Source of the DNA: Lingula anatina
Lineage: Eukaryota; Animalia; Brachiopoda
Assembly: GCA_051362555.1 (NCBI GenBank)
Contig: CM120640.1
Span: 69,356,788 to 69,420,787, forward strand
DNA length: 64,000 nt
Direction: 5' to 3'
Shown one piece after another: positions 63,250 to 64,000 of the stretch (the first letter of the stretch is position 1; the number at the start of each line of letters is the position of its first letter). Made by a program: the position numbers and the translations under genes. The notes below the pieces were generated by a model, which saw only the letters and a program-made list of their open reading frames with translations, was not told the origin of the DNA and made no database searches.

Positions 63250-64000
63250 CTTAACAGGTTGCGTGTTGATGCTGAATACAGGCACTAGCACTAATTCACT
63301 CCAGTCTAGATCAACTCCACTTTGAGAACCTGACTATCAGATGTTCTCACCTGCAGCCCATTATTTGCAGGGAGTGAAATCATTTAATTTCCATTTCATG
63401 AATCAAGGTTGTGTATGTGATGTCAGCGTGCCCCACCAATTATAGCAATTAACCCTCCCTGGTCTTACCTGTTCTGTGTGCACTGGTCTACTTTAATAAT
63501 AATATACCATCCACATGTTAAGTAGTTGTACAATGGAATAATTATTTCAAATAAGCATTAGCTTATGCAGTAAGTCACCGCTTTTGAGTGAAGCCCCCCT
63601 CCCTCCCTCCCTGAGTAGCCTGCCCCCTCTTTCACTCTCTCTTTAGGAGTACTTATAAATAAGATGAAGCCAGATAAATCTGTTCTGTATAATTCAAAAT
63701 TGAAAAAAAAATTCACTTTTTGTCTGAAATATAACTGAATGTGAAATCCTTAATTAAGTAAAAATATAGATTCTTAATTAACACCTTATATCTCTGATGC
63801 TATTCATGTATTAGTACTGTATAAATTCTTCTCACCAGTTTCACTAGTAATTAACTAAATGAGATATACATTTCAGTTCATCTTTCTTTACAACATACCT
63901 TTCATTAAGTTTCTCGCCTTACCTTCTGTGAGGTTGTAACTTGTTAAATAATCACCAAACGACACAAATCTTTTCTCTACCACGTTAACACCCTTATCAA

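Overview
AT-rich, intron-dense animal genomic DNA from an invertebrate, most likely a lophotrochozoan or mollusc (inferred from the gene set and repeat types; species not determinable). Splicing by hand gives five conserved genes: an ASIC/BASIC-clade DEG/ENaC channel (minus, 3' end runs off the left edge), PRC1 (minus, 13 coding exons, ~622 aa), UPB1 (minus, 13 exons, 383 aa), ZSWIM7 (plus, 132 aa) and SPECC1L/cytospin-A (minus, ~1144 aa). The ~20-kb 5' region of ZSWIM7 (24.1-44.3 kb) holds an antisense-nested tandem family of small secreted signal-peptide + coiled-coil + F5/8C (discoidin) proteins. Two copies are intact and two are pseudogenes, with substitutions concentrated in the putative ligand-binding loops. 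The same region holds a duplicated first coding exon of ZSWIM7, a Helentron-like element with ~145-bp repeats, an RTE LINE, an Academ relic, a tRNA-derived SINE and many Harbinger-type MITEs. Main points: (1) the nested, diversifying discoidin cluster; (2) the UPB1-ZSWIM7-SPECC1L order, which appears to join two vertebrate paralogons into one ancestral locus; (3) one, probably two, GC-AG introns in the channel gene; (4) a CHR+CCAAT G2/M-type promoter on PRC1; (5) several templated-insertion scars. All gene models are manual and have no transcript support.
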